This document shows positions 1 to 13,062 of a DNA stretch of 64,000 bases, piece after piece. Origin of the DNA: Macrostomum lignano (taxonomy: Eukaryota); the NCBI GenBank assembly GCA_002269645.1, contig NIVC01001604.1, forward strand, positions 62,001 to 126,000, written 5' to 3'. A program made the position numbers and the translations under genes. The stretch's first letter is position 1. The number at the start of each line of letters is the position of its first letter. The notes under the pieces were generated by a model. It was not told the DNA's origin. It searched no databases and worked only from the letters and a program-made list of their open reading frames with translations.

Positions 1-1487
1 GTACAAATTGGCCTCTGGCAGTGTAAGTACAGTCTGACAGACTGGTACAGTTTGGCATAGGAAAATGGGGTCATCTGGTGCAGTTTAGACCTTGGCTATA
101 ATAGGGTCTCTTCCCCTCTCCCCTTTCTTCTCTCTTCTCCCCTTCTCTCTCCTTTTTTTCTTTCTCTTCTCCCCTTCTTTCCCTCCCCTTGCTCCTCATA
201 TCTTTCTTATAATGTTTAAGTAACTAAAGTAATAGTCTCCTATTCTTATTGAGATCTTCTATGAGAGAGACAGCCTGCTTATCAGTTCTTAAGAAGCCTC
301 ATTTGCAATCTAGCCTTTTTAATTATGGCAAATACTAGTCAGCTTCCCCATTGACTTCATTTATCTTAACTTTAGCCCCCAACAACCAACTAAAACATGC
401 ATGTGGGATTAAAACTCTCTTGTTGAAGTCCCCAACCCCAAGGACCCCATTGAGCTCCCCTCCCTGAAAGTGAAAATATTCATCTTACATTATTTCCTTA
501 CCTTCCCAACCCCATCCTAGTCCTTGATCCCAGAGACTTAAGGGCTCCCTCTACATTGAAAGTGAAAATATTCATTTTAACTTTAGCCCCCACTACCCAA
601 CTACAATATGTGCTCATAAAAATGGTATTGAAAATCTATTGCTTAAGTCCTAAATTCTAGAGACTATAATATTTATACTAGAATTAAATTTTTAACATAA
701 ATATACAATACTGTTAGCCTCATATAAGAATCATATAGTTGGTATAGGAGCTATAATAATAAGTAAGAATATCAATACTAGTAAAAATATGAAGATTCTA
801 AATATAATTATATATTTAAACAAGTAGTCTATAGCAATAGGTCTTTAAAAAGAAAGGTACTAGGCCTAATTCAGTGACAATGCTATTGATTAAAGAATGT
901 GTTCTTTGTATAAAAATACACCTTATTTTACCTTATTTTGTTATTAATATAATAAACACTTTGACACTTTTTTTGCTACCATTGAACATTGAAATTAAGA
1001 AATAGTTTTGCTTAAGTGACCTATAATAAGGCCTCTATAGATTAACACGAGTAGAAGCGAACTGAATGCATCTACCAATGCTCTTAGAACTCAACTCCAT
1101 TGCAGACATAACACTATTCTCATTGCAGGGAACCTTGGCTAACCAAATTTACATTAGAATAGCCTATAAGGCTTCTATATAGACTATAGAGTATCTTTAA
1201 AAAAGACAAAAATATACATCAACTTAATAGAATCATTTAAAATCCCATCTTGTTTGTTGTGCTAAACCCTGGTGGTATAAATATGAGTTAAATTCCTCAA
1301 TTTACCCTAATTTTTATATTTTAAATTAGGGTTGCAGAGTTGACCATGAAAATAACATAGTATTTATTTTTTACAATTTTATTATTTTTACTCTGGTAAT
1401 CCTGCATTTGCAGCTGTTTGAGCTGTCCAGCAGTTGCAACTCATCGTCAGATTTGCTCAGAGATTTCTAATTAACCAAAGCGCTGCA

Positions 1488-4400
1488 ATGTCTGCCATAT
1501 TGTTTCCCAACGAGCCGCGGGCGCAGTTCCCCAATGCCAGCCGCGACGAACAGGAGTACATCAAGTACTTGTGCGGAGTCAAACTGACCGATGCCGGCTC
1601 TGTGAGTCTCGCGCTGTTTGTGGGTTGCTCAACTTGCATTTGGGCTTCTGTGATTTCTATTCGATAGCTGGCAAATATTAATTCAATCGGCTTGCCCTGT
1701 TTCTTAAATCACTTGTGCAATGAGTCAAATATAGAGGAGAAAAAACTTTTCAAAAGACACTAGGTTAGGCTTAGTGGGCCACCGCCGCAGCGCCAGCCTC
1801 CCAGATCCTCAGTTGCTGTACCAGCCTCCCAGATCCTGAGTTGCTAGGCCAGCCTCCCAGATCCTCAGTTGCTGGGCCAGCCTCCCAGATCCTCAGTTGC
1901 TAGGCCAGCCTTCCAGATCCGGAGTTGCTGGGCCAGCCTTCCAGGTCCGGAGTCGCTGGGCCGCTGTCACCCTCTGGGATCTGCTTCAGATTGTGGAATT
2001 TGAACTTGCAATACAATTAAAGCCAGAAGCGGCACATCTCGCTGACCAGCTGTAGTGCCATAAATGTGGCTGTATAAGGCCTGTCGTGGCTGTCTGTGTT
2101 TCATTGCCAACCGACGCTCCTAGCCGCCATGTCAATCGCCCTTCCCGACCCCCTAGGCTGATGGTAGGCCAAAATCCGCCCTCAGTGCGGAGGTGGCAAA
2201 GGCCAGGCAGAAAATCACAGAGAGCCTGGCCAGTGCTGTAAGTACAGCTTGCACTTTGCAGCTCCGAGAGCGCCTTAATTCGCCTACAAGTGTGCATTGA
2301 GTCATTGGCTGCTGTCCCGCGTTTATTGTTACCATGCTGGGTTCTGGGGTCACCAGTTTTCTTATCACTAAGCATGTATTCTGCATGCACGGTTTCTCTC
2401 TGGTTGAATTGTACTTTCTAGTCATTGATAAGTAAATCCGCTTCCTGAGTCCCTCAGCTCCCTCTACCCTCAGTCCTTCAGGTCCCTCCGGCCTCAGTCC
2501 TTCAGGTCCCTCCACCCTCAGTCCTTCAGCTCCCTCCACCCTCAGTCCTTCAGGTCCCTCCACCCTCAGTCCTTCAGCTCCCTCTACCCTCAGTCCTTCA
2601 GGTCACTCCACCCTCAGTCCTTCAGGTCCCTCCACCCTCAGTCCTTCAGCTCCCTCGAACCTCAGTCCTTCAGGTCCCTCCACCCTCAGTCCTTCAGCTC
2701 CCTCTACCCTCAGTCCTTCAGGTCACTCCACCCTCAGTCCTTCAGGTCCCTCCACCCTCAGTCCTTCAGCTCCCTCGAACCTCAGTCCTTCAGGTCCCTC
2801 CACCCTCAGTCCTTCAGCTCCCTCCACCCTCAGTCCTTCAGCTCCCTCCACCCTCAGTCCTTCAGCTCCCTCTACCCTCAGTCCTACAGGTCACTCCACC
2901 CTCAGTCCTTCAGGTCCCTCCACCCTCAGTCCTTCAGCTCCCTCGAACCTCAGTCCTTCAGCTCCCTCCACCCTCAGTCCTTCAGCTCCCTCCACCCTCA
3001 GTCCTTCAGCTCCCTCCACCCTCGGTCTTTCAGTTCCCTCGAACCTCAGTCCTTCAGCTCCCTCCACCCTCAGTCCTTCAGCTCCCTCCACCCTCAGTCC
3101 TTCAGCTCCCTCCACCCTCGGTCTTTCAGTTCCCTCGAACCTCAGTCCTTCAGCTCCCTTCACCCTCAGTCCTTCAGCTCCGTCCGCCCTCAGTCCTTCA
3201 GCTCCCTCCACCCTCAGCCCGTCAGGTCCCTCCACCCTTGAGCCCTTCAGTCCTCTACCCTCTGCCCCACCCCTAGCAGCTTTGCATTGACAGTGCCACA
3301 AATTACCTCCTCAATACCAATAGCATTTCGCACCGCATTTTAATTTAACGATCACTTCTCACAAAACCAGCTGCGTCTCTTGCATATCTTAAATCTGTTT
3401 TTCGGAAATAATAATCTTATTTCAGTTTGTACCGTTGTGATGTTCATTGTTTAAGATAATTTTTGTCAAGCCAGTTTACCGGCTCTTACAAAACAAAAAG
3501 TGCAGCGCACAGCCTTATTAACGTGTTGTGTATGTGTAGTGTGTTGGCTTCGTTAACCTCGCGTCTCGACTCTCGACCCTTCTGTGGGCAGGGGGGCACA
3601 GGGGCTCATTCTGGGTTACTCGGGTCATTTTGGGGCTGATTAATGGCCGGGTCTCCCCAGCTGCTCAGTAGACCTAGGGTCATTCGGGGTCAGTTTGGGT
3701 CTCCCCAGCAGCTCAGTAGACCTAGGGTCATTCGGGGTCAGCTCGGGTCTCCCCAGCTGCTCAGTAAACCTAGGGTCATTCGGGGTCAGCTCGGGTCTCC
3801 CCAGCTGCTCAGTAGACCTAGGGTCATTCGGGGTCAGTTTGGGTCTCCCCAGCAGCTCAGTAGACCTAGGGTCATTCGGAGTCAGTTTGGGTCACTCAGC
3901 AGCTCAGTAGACCTATGGTCATTCGGGGTCAGTTTGGGTCACCTCAGCTGCTCAGTAGACCTAGGGTCATTCGGGGTCAGTTTGGGTCTCCCCAGCTGCT
4001 CAGTAGACCTAGGGTCATTCGGGGTCAGTTTGGGTCACTCAGCTGATCGAAAGGCCCATTGTATTGTTAGCTGGTACTCATCAATAGCCCAATACTTAGT
4101 GGAATTTGGGAAAATATTCTTAATTCAGTCAGATTGCATTCTCTGTGGGCTGCGGTGTTAGACCTTACCTTATATTTTTTTCTATTAAATCGTGTACTTT
4201 ACTTTCGTGCTGTTTTTGCAACAACGTGTCTTGTGTTTGTGGTATAACTTTTTATTTTTAGAATGCTTTATTTATACTACTATTCTATTTTACTTATTGA
4301 TAGAATTTTCCTATTGTTTCCTATGCCTGCTTGCACTTGTATGTAATATTAAATGACTGTCTAGTAAACTTTGCGTTGTGCCCTACTTACAGTAGCCGCC

Positions 4401-6385
4401 TGCAATCAGTTGTGTAGAAATTCTGCAATCATTGCTTAATGATGACTTTCCCTGTCTGTGCCAGAGCGCCTCCGGAGACGATGCTCGAATTGCCAAGCTG
4501 GAGGCGGACAACAAGAACCTGCTGAAGAGTGAGTTCGGTTTTGTGACTTCTTCAGTTATTGTATGCTTTGTCTTTCCCGTTCCCTCAGGCCTCCGCTGCT
4601 TCTCCCTTCCCCCGTTCCCTCAGGCCTCCACTGCTTCTCCCTTCCCCCGTTCCCTCAGGCCTCCGCTGCTTCTCCCTTCCCCCGTTCCTTCAGGCCTCCG
4701 CTGCTTCTCCCTTCCCCCGTTCCCTCAGGCCTCCGCTGCTTCTCCCTTCCCCCGTTCCCTCAGGCCTCCACTGCTTCTCCCTTCCCCCGTTCCCTCAGGC
4801 CTCCGCTGCTTCTCCCTTCCCCGTTCCCTCAGGCCTCCGCTGCTTCTCCCTTCCCCCGTTCCCTCAGGCCTCCGCTGCTTCTCCCTTCCCCCGTTCCCTC
4901 AGGCCTCCACTGCTTCTCCCTTCCCCCGTTCCCTCAGGCCTCCGCTGCTTCTCCCTTCCCCCGTTCCCTCAGGCCTCCGCTGCTTCTCCCTTCCCCCGTT
5001 CCCTCAGGCCTCCGCTGCTTCTCCCTTCCCCCGTTCCCTCAGGCCTCCGCTGCTTCTCCCTTCCCCCGTTCCCTCAGGCCTCCACTGCTTCTCCCTTCCC
5101 CCGTTCCCTCAGGCCTCCGCTGCTTCTCCCTTCCCCCGTTCCTTCAGGCCTCCGCTGCTTCTCCCTTCCCCCGTTCCTTCAGGCCTCCGCTGCTTCTCCC
5201 TTCCCCCGTTCCCTCAGGCCTCCGCTGCTTCTCCCTTCCCCCGTTCCTTCAGGCCTCCGCTGCTTCTCCCTTTCCCCGTTCCTTCAGGCCTCCGCTGCTT
5301 CTCCCTTTCCCCGTTCCTTCAGGCCTCCGCTGCTTCTCCCTTCCCCCGTTCCTTCAGGCCTCCGCTGCTTCTCCCTTCCCCCGTTCCCTCAGTCTCTATA
5401 GCAATGCTAATTCCATGTGATGCCTGAGCCAGCAGCAGCTTTGCCCACCCACGCCGCCCCCGCCAGCCGTGGACTGCTTGACCAGCCGCATCGCTGAGCT
5501 GGAGAAAAGGTTCGCCGCCCTCTCCGCCGGCGGCCCGGCCAAACCCGCCGCCCCGCCAGCAGCCGACAAGCAGAAGAACGGTGGCGACGACGACGACGAC
5601 GTGGACCTGTTCGGCTCCGACGACGAGGAGGCGGACGCCGAGGCCGAGCGGATCAAGCAGGAACGGCTGCAGGCCTACCAGGAGAAAAAGGTGAGGCTTG
5701 GCTTCGCCATTGAGTGCATGCTGTGGGGCTTGCAGTTCGAGACAACCGTTTGTTAATTTGAGTGCCAGACTGGACCTGCTGAGACTGAGACTAGAGCCAT
5801 CAGGCTGAGACTAGAGCCTTCAGGCTGAGACTAGAGCCTTCAGGCTGAGACTAGAGCCCTCAGGCTGAGACTAGAGCCCACAGGCTGAGACTGGAGCCCT
5901 CAGGCTGAGACTGGAGCCTTCAGGCTGAGACTAGAGGCTTCAGGCTGAGACTAGAGCCCTCAGGCTGAGACTAGAGCCCTCAGTCTGAGACTAGAGCCAC
6001 CAGTCTGATACTAGAGCCACCAGTCTGAGACTAGAGCCCTCAGGCTGAGACTAAAGTCACAAGGCTGAGACTGGAGTCACCACCCCGCCGCCCGCAGTCG
6101 AAGAAGCCGGCCCTGGTGGCCAAGAGCAGCATCGTGCTGGACGTGAAGCCGTGGGATGACGAGACTGACATGGCTGAGATGGAGCGCTGCGTCCGCAGCA
6201 TCGCGACCGACGGGCTGCTGTGGGGCGCCAGCAAGCTGGTGCCGGTAGGCTACGGCATCAAGAAGCTGCAGATCGGCTGTGTTGTCGAGGACGACAAAGT
6301 CGGCACCGACTTCCTGGAGGAGGAGATCACCAAGTTCGAGGATCTGGTCCAGTCCGTGGACGTGGCGGCCTTCCAGAAGATTTGA
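1488..6385 (+). CDS. EEF1D: Translation elongation factor 1-delta (eEF1B-delta), 5 coding exons, ~256 aa
   Basis: Exons 1488-1601, 2157-2237, 4465-4528, 5467-5690, 6098-6385, all GT..AG with consistent phases (0,0,1,0). Exon 2 [19 protein letters not shown] matches the delta-specific helix, followed by the zipper [20 protein letters not shown], the acidic [13 protein letters not shown] and the GEF domain [42 protein letters not shown]. Confidence 0.95.
1793..1965 (+). repeat. 28-bp minisatellite, family A (cagatcctcagttgctgggccagcctcc), EEF1D intron 1
   Basis: ~6 tandem units read directly. Confidence 0.9.
2446..3255 (+). repeat. 24-bp minisatellite (ccctcagtccttcagctccctcca), EEF1D intron 2
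   Basis: Tandem units read directly. Confidence 0.95.
3615..4045 (+). repeat. 48-bp minisatellite, EEF1D intron 2
   Basis: gacctagggtcattcggggtcag recurs every 48 bp (3671, 3719, ...). Confidence 0.9.
4577..5392 (+). repeat. 35-bp pyrimidine-rich minisatellite, EEF1D intron 3
   Basis: Unit ttccctcaggcctccgctgcttctcccttcccccg. Confidence 0.95.
5785..6075 (+). repeat. 20-bp minisatellite, EEF1D intron 4
   Basis: Unit ctgagactagagccctcagg. Confidence 0.92.
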
Positions 6386-7353
6386 AGTCATTGAGTTGGT
6401 GGCTGAGAACTCGGGGGGGGGGAGGCTGCTAACTCCGATATCAGAATGTGCATCTTCGCCAGGACCGAGACCGTCCCCCCGCTTTAGTGACTTCAATTTC
6501 TGTGCGCGCCCTCCGCCTGTTTTTGTGTCTCTGAACGCTGAGCAGATCACATACAGCGATGCCAACAGACCAGGAGACTGTGAAATCTAAATTTAACAGA
6601 AAAAAATTTTTTTTAATCGAATGTGCTTTTTAAGAGTTATTTGTCATTTTTCAACAGAACTCGAACAACCGACTGGGCCTACTAGCAGGCATATATAGAG
6701 TATATTATTATATCAGTGTACGCTTTTATCAATTGCGGCTTATCAGCCGAGGGGGTGGGAAAATAAGAAAAGGATACACAATACGAAATTCCTGAAGAAT
6801 GCGGCTTACAGGTATAAAGCATTAGGCATGGACTTGACATGGATAGTTAAACAGATCATTTCTTGCTTTGGGTTCCAGTGCATCTGGTTAACTCCACTTG
6901 CCGGCATACTAGTATACAAGTGTCCGAGTGCGCCTACGGTACCTGATGTACTTTTAAAATAAACGTTTAGAAATAAACATTGATTGTTCCGTCAGTAGCT
7001 AGGCGTCAAATATAATAATATAGTAGTAAAGTCAACAGCGCATAAGAGAATTTAAAAATCATGGTCAAATTTGTCCAAGTAAACAGAAAAATACAAGAAT
7101 AATATGTCAAAATAATAATTATATATGTATATGTATAGCGGATAAATACAGCATCTTGCAGGTGCAGTGGGTCAGCGGCCAGGCATAACTATTGAGTGCT
7201 GAGAGCTGCAGCTTGACTTTGTCTAAAATTTCTAATCGATTTCCCGACATCTGATAAGAAACTCGTTTAATTCGAGGACCTCTGCTGCTGAACCATATCG
7301 CTTTTGTCAGACTAAGTAGTAAGGCGTGGAGTGCAAAACATTGTTTAGTACGT

Positions 7354-7501
7354 GTCTATGACACTATGGGCTCTAAGTGAGCTTTGGCCATAGACAACTG
7401 CACTGCACGGGTTTGAAGGGACCTCGCTAGTGCAAGCGTGAAAATGATACGCGCAGCTGTCTATGGCCAAAACTTGCATGGATCCAATAGGCATCATAGA
7501 C
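7354..7501. mobile_element. Older degenerate inverted-repeat element (possible MITE)
   Basis: ~48-bp imperfect inverted arms gtctatga..ttggccatagacaactgc / gcagctgtctatggccaa..tcatagac. No TSD found. Confidence 0.5.
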
Positions 7502-7538
7502 TGCCAAAGCAATCGGCTCTGAAGCTAGGTGTAAATCT

Positions 7539-7835
7539 CAAGGACCACTAGAAGAAGAAGGACGGGACACTTCGTTTCTTGGAAAATTTATTAAAGGCTG
7601 ATTTTCACGGAAAATGCACTAGCGAGATAGAAACTTTATAAAATCCGTCGAAGCAACATGTTTTGTAAGTTATATCAAAAGAAGAGCTTTGTATCTGCTT
7701 CCAATAAAAAGCTATCACCATATTTTAAAGTGAAAAATGTGAAAAGTTCCTATCTCGCCAGTGCATTTTTCCGTGAAAATCAGCCTTTAATAAATTTTCC
7801 AAGAAACGAAGTGTCCCGTCCTTCTAGTGGTCCTT
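7539..7835. mobile_element. Non-autonomous MITE with ~95-bp terminal inverted repeats and a 9-bp TSD (Mutator-like)
   Basis: The left arm aaggaccactagaa..gggacacttcgtttcttggaaaatttattaaaggctgattttcacggaaaa..cgagatag is the near-exact reverse complement of ~7743-7835. tgtaaatct flanks it at 7530-7538 and 7836-7844. Confidence 0.85.
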
Positions 7836-7966
7836 TGTAAATCTTCCTTACACTTTGATGGAAGCCACAAAAGATGGAATACCTGTAGCTCCTAGGTTTT
7901 CTACTTCAAATCAGCCTTCAACACAACGGCTACTCTTGCTACATGTAGTAGAATGCAATTAATTAA

Positions 7967-9503
7967 TTAGTAGCGCCGGTATTCAGGACCACAGGAAGCG
8001 CTGCGCGCCCCGCCGTGGCGCCGCTTGCTGCCCCGGTCGCGCCGAGCTCCGCAGTTGCAGTCGCAGCCACCGCCGTCGCAGCAGCCGCCGCCTCCGCAGC
8101 CGCAGGGCCTCTGACAGTCTCCCCAGGCTCCAGCGGTGCTGCAGTGCAGCTGCTGGCTGCCGTAGTGCTGCTGAAACTGCGGCTGCTGATGATGAAGCGG
8201 AGGCTGCGGCTGCTGCTGCCGGTGCCACAGCAGCTGCTGCAGCCTCGCCAAGATGCTCGCATCGTCGCCCGAGTCTCCAGCCGCCAGCACGAGGCGCGAC
8301 ACCGACGCGCGGAGCTCCGCCAGCCGGCGCTCCCTGGCCACGGCCTCGTCCAGCTCCTGGCGGGCCACCCGCAGCTCCTCGGACAGGCAGCGCAGGCTCT
8401 CGTCCGAGTCGCGCCTGCATTCGGCCAGCTGCGTCTTCAGGCTGGCGATGCGCTGGGCCTGCTTCTGGCGCACCCGCTCCAGTTTGTCCAGCGCCGCCTC
8501 CAGCTGCTCGAGGTCCCGGTCCTGCCGGCTGGCAGCCGCGCGCAGCTCGCCAAAGCCGCTCAGCTGGGCGCGCAGATCGTCCGCTTCGCGCCTGCCGATT
8601 TCGGGGGGGGGGTCGGATTGATTGAGTCCTGCTTCTATCTGCATCCGTTTTACAGCATTCAATTATGAGGTCAATTACTTTTTAGACACTGCAAGGTTCA
8701 CCTGTTTGGCCCCTCCCGCTGTAATTCACCTGCTACATGAGAATAGCATTCTTTCACCTGCTATCGACACCAGATTCATCTGTTAAACATTGCTAGATAC
8801 TCCTGTTCACCGTTAGACGCTTTTGTTCACAGTTAGACACTTCTGTTCACAGTTAGACACTTCTGTTCACAGTTAGACACTTCTGTTCACAGTTAGACAC
8901 TCCTGTTCACAGTTAGACACTCCTGTTCACAGTTAGACACTCCTGTTCACAGTTAGACACTCCTGTTCACAGTTAGACACTCCTGTTCACAGTTAGACAC
9001 TCCTGTTCACAGTTAGACACTCCTGTTCACAGTTAGACACTCCTGTTCACAGTTAGACACTCCTGTTCACAGTTAGACACGATCACGTTCACGTTCCCAT
9101 CCCATGGGCTGGCCGCTCACCTAGCATCCTCCAGCATCCGGTGCGCCTTCTCCAGCCGCCGCTCCGCCTGCCGCGCCCTCTCCCGCTCCAGGTCGGCGAC
9201 TCCGCCGGAGGGCGCGGCGGCGCCGCTGCCATCCAGCTGGGCAAGCCGGCGGCGCATGAGCTCCAGGTGAAGGTCCTTGGACTCCAGCTGCTCTTTCAGC
9301 GAGTCCACTCGCCTGCGGAGGCCACCGCCGTTGTCGCAGCCGCAGCAGCCGCCGCCCTGCCGAACCAGCTGCTCGGCCCGCTCCACCAGGCCTTCGCCGA
9401 GCACGTCGTAGGCCACGTCAATGGCTGAGGCCTCCATGCTCAGAGCCTGGCCCAGCCGCTTCAGGTACTGGTAGAGCCGGTCCTGGCAGGGGGGGGGCGT
9501 ACG

Positions 9504-9565
<62 letters not shown>

Positions 9566-11469
9566 CCTGTCTCTCTGACTGACTGTCTGTCTGTCTGTCT
9601 GTCTGTCTGCCTGCCTGTCTCTCTGACTGACTGTCTGTCTGTCTGTCTGTCTGTCTGTCTGCCTGCCTGTCTCTCTGACTGACTGACTGTCTGTCTGTCT
9701 GTCTGCCTGCCTGTCTCTCTGACTGACTGACTGTCTGTCTGTCTGTCTGCCTGCCTGTCTCTCTGACTGACTGTCTGTCTGTCTGTCTGCCTGCCTGCCT
9801 GCCTGCCCCATCCACTCACCTTATCCCCTCGCAGGCTCTCCCTGATGACGTCCCCAGCCGCCAGCTGGGCCTCCACCGCCCGCAGTTTGTCTCTCAGCTC
9901 CTTGGCTTCGCCCTCGGCAGCCACTCCGCGCTCCTCGCGTTTCCTGTTGGCCTCCAGCTGCTGCTCCAGCTGGCCCGTCACCGTCTTCACGCGCTCCTCC
10001 AAACCAGCCATGGCCGCGGAGTGGTTGCGGACGTCGGCCAGCAGCTGGCGCACCTTCTCCCTGACGGCCTCTTCGGTCGAAGGCACCCGGTTGTACGCAG
10101 TGCCCAGCATGGTGGCCAGCGATTCCACGAAGCCCGCCAGCTGCTTGCCGAGGGTCTCGGAGCTGTGCGTCGCCTCGCGCTTCTCGCAGTCCAGCTTGGA
10201 GAGCTGCGCCTCCTTCTCGCTCAGGTCCGCCTTCACCGTCTCCACCTGCGCAGGGGTTTTGGGGTGTGAGAAGTGACTGCTATATGAGCTCCCGACCGTG
10301 CTCAAGAGCTCATGAAGACTCGAGAATTTCTATTACCGTTGCCTTCTCCGCATTGAGCTGAATCTCCAGCAGCTCGGCCTTCTTAGTCAGCTGCTCATTC
10401 TCCTCCTTGAGCTTGTCCGTCTCGGTCTTGAACTCGGCCTCGGTGAAGCCCAGCTGGAAGGCGGCGCGGTACTCCTTGTTCACCTCGGCCAGGAGCCGCT
10501 CGATCGTCTGCTTGTTGGCCGCAGCCGCCAGCTCCATCGTGGCCTGAGATCGGCGGGAGGGGGGGGGGGTAAATCGCCGATATGTATCGAATAAACGCAG
10601 CCCGAGAGAACGCCAGCAGTCCTGCCCATTCCCGCTGATGCCTGAGCACGTGCGCTCACACAGGATGCCCAGCGGACCTGACTTTCTCATTGTCAGGCAC
10701 GCGCACTGCTACTTGGGCGTTGGCCTTCCTGAGAAGCCTCTTGCTCGTACTGTTACTGCTACTCTGCAGGGTCCTTGAATAAATTACTAACAAGTAGTGT
10801 GGATAGAATGTGGAAAGTGCAAAAAATAAATGTGCCCACAAAGAATCAGAAACCTACGTGTATCGCGAGTTTGAATCCTAATTTTGGACACAACGCTAGC
10901 AAGTTTACTGGGCAATATTTTCAGTTTCCTAAAACATGCCAGTTTTAGCAACTGCTTCACACCATCTCTTCTCCGGCCTGCTCTATAGGGGGGGGGCTAG
11001 TCCACGTGCACTAAATTTGGCTATCGAAAAAGCTCACCTGTTGATCCGTCAGCGTGTGAATCTGCGCTTTCATGTCCACATTTTCCTTCACCAGCTCCGA
11101 AACTTTGTTAACGAGGCCGTCCAGGTCCTCGGCCAGGACGGAGGTCGTAGCCAGTGCGCGCCTGACGCGCAGCGGAAATTCTGCGCGCTTGCGCGCGTCC
11201 TCCGACTGCGTCTCCTGACTGCTCTTCAGCTGCGCCAGCTGGGCGCGCAGGTCACGGATAGTCTCGCTGGCCGCATCCAGCTGAAGGTCCCGATCCCGCA
11301 GCCGGCCGTTGAGGTTGTCCAGCCGGGTCTGCATGGCCGCGAGGTCAGACCGGGCCGTCGGACAGGCGTTGGCCGCTGGCTGGCTGGCCGCCGCTGCCAC
11401 TGATGAATAATGGCGCTGGTGGTCCTGGCAGACCGCGTCCATGCTGCGGCGGGGAGTTGGACCTCTGCG

Positions 11470-11502
<33 letters not shown>

Positions 11503-11505
11503 GCC

Positions 11506-11553
<48 letters not shown>

Positions 11554-11554
11554 G

Positions 11555-11598
<44 letters not shown>

Positions 11599-13062
11599 GC
11601 CTGTCTGTCTGTCTGTCAGTCTGTCTTAGTGTCTGTCTGTCTGCCTGCCTGCCTGTCTTAGTGTCTGTCTGTCTGTCTGTCTGCCTGTCTGTCTGTCTGT
11701 CTGTCTGTCTGCTTGTCTGCTAATCAATCCAAAGAGTAACAGGCTGCAAGTCACTTACCTTTGCAGTTCACGGATAAGATCATCCTTGCGTCGCAGCTCT
11801 TCCTTGTGAAATCGAACTTGTTCTTGGAGCTGGTAAAAAAGAAATTATTATAGCATTTTTTTAATAAAAATTTCATTAGTAAAAGTATATACTTGTAGAA
11901 TGATATTGCCTGCTTTGAGTTCTTCAGACTGCTGTACATCACTTGAGAATAAGGTAATCATTTTATTTGATTTATATCTGTATACCTTAAGACTGTTTTC
12001 ATCGTTTATAAATACTTGACCAAATATGTGCATATCTATGAATATATTTAATGAGTTACTCCATATTTCATTATTTCATAAATAAATTCAAAACTGCACA
12101 GTTTGTTAATTGACAAAAGTAGGAAAGGCTTTCTACTCGATTTTCTCTTGCTTATAGGTTGTGAATCAATAGGCATTGGGGTTAGTGAAAGGAAGTTGCA
12201 GTAAATTTCTAAATAGTCTGGCCTCACCAACACTTGATAGTACCCAGAGACTACTTTAACTAGTTCAAGTAGTCCCTGCTTGTACCTTGTTCAACAAGGT
12301 TGCCAATGTCATTATTTCTAATTTTCAAATATCATTACATTTTCCTTATTTTGTCAATTCGTTCAAATGACTAAGCCAATCTGAGTAGCCTTGTTAGCTT
12401 ATTAACAGTGTTGCCCATGCATTTTGTTTGTCATGTTATCTATTTATTAAATAGCTTGTAGTAAAGCATGCAGTGACATCATATTATTGAAAATTACAGC
12501 TTGAGAAGCAGGTTTAAAAGTGGAGGAATGCACGTTTTATACGTTTCATACTATTTAGAATTTTTTAAGCAGCATTGTTGTGGTTTTATTTAACTCTAAC
12601 TTCTTCATCCTAAGCCACGTCAAATGTATAGGTACAGTTGACAGTCCAAACTTCAAACTGTCAATAAAATAGCATAATAAATACACAAGGACTTTACATT
12701 TCATAAAAACAAACTATGAAAAATTAAGACTGCTTTCTAAATAAGACAATTAACTACATGCTTCGTGTTAGCATCACTTTATGGCTTTTTAATATCTTTA
12801 TATATAACTCTAACCATACATTCAATCTTTGAAAAGTACTAAAATGTGTCATAAAAATACAAAGCGTTGTGAATTGTTACAGTCGTGAGTCTTAAATGGT
12901 GTGATGCGACTCAAAATAGCAACATTTACTTACATCTGACAAGCTGCGATTCTGAAAGTTTAACGAGTCTCTAGTCAAATCATCTGTTCGCCACCCTTCT
13001 CGAACTCTGTGTCTGTGAATGCTTGGAAATCCATCGAAATGAGGATCACCATATGTGGCCAT
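7967..13062 (-). CDS. CCDC170: CCDC170-like long coiled-coil protein, 7 coding exons
   Basis: Exons 13062-12934 (ATG..GAT|gtaagt), 11829-11759, 11464-11038, 10543-10337, 10245-9820, 9482-9121, 8591-7967; phases 0,2,0,0,0,2 all match. [36 protein letters not shown] and [22 protein letters not shown] resemble CCDC170 as I recall it (ARSELAA, ESKELHMSLLRQKIAQL, AEKREKQLADFREVVSQML). Confidence 0.82.
8800..9080 (+). repeat. 20-bp minisatellite, CCDC170-like intron 6
   Basis: Unit ctgttcacagttagacactc. Confidence 0.92.
9505..9805. repeat. (TGTC)n/(GACA)n microsatellite, CCDC170-like intron 5
   Basis: Read directly; carries TGCC/TGAC variants. Confidence 0.95.
11470..11720. repeat. (TGTC)n/(GACA)n microsatellite, CCDC170-like intron 2
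   Basis: Read directly. Confidence 0.95.

Noticed and set aside
1-1400. AT-rich region with short duplicated motifs (gaaagtgaaaatattcat, ttaactttagccccc)
   Set aside because: The matches are short with no TIR, TSD or ORF, so no element can be supported.
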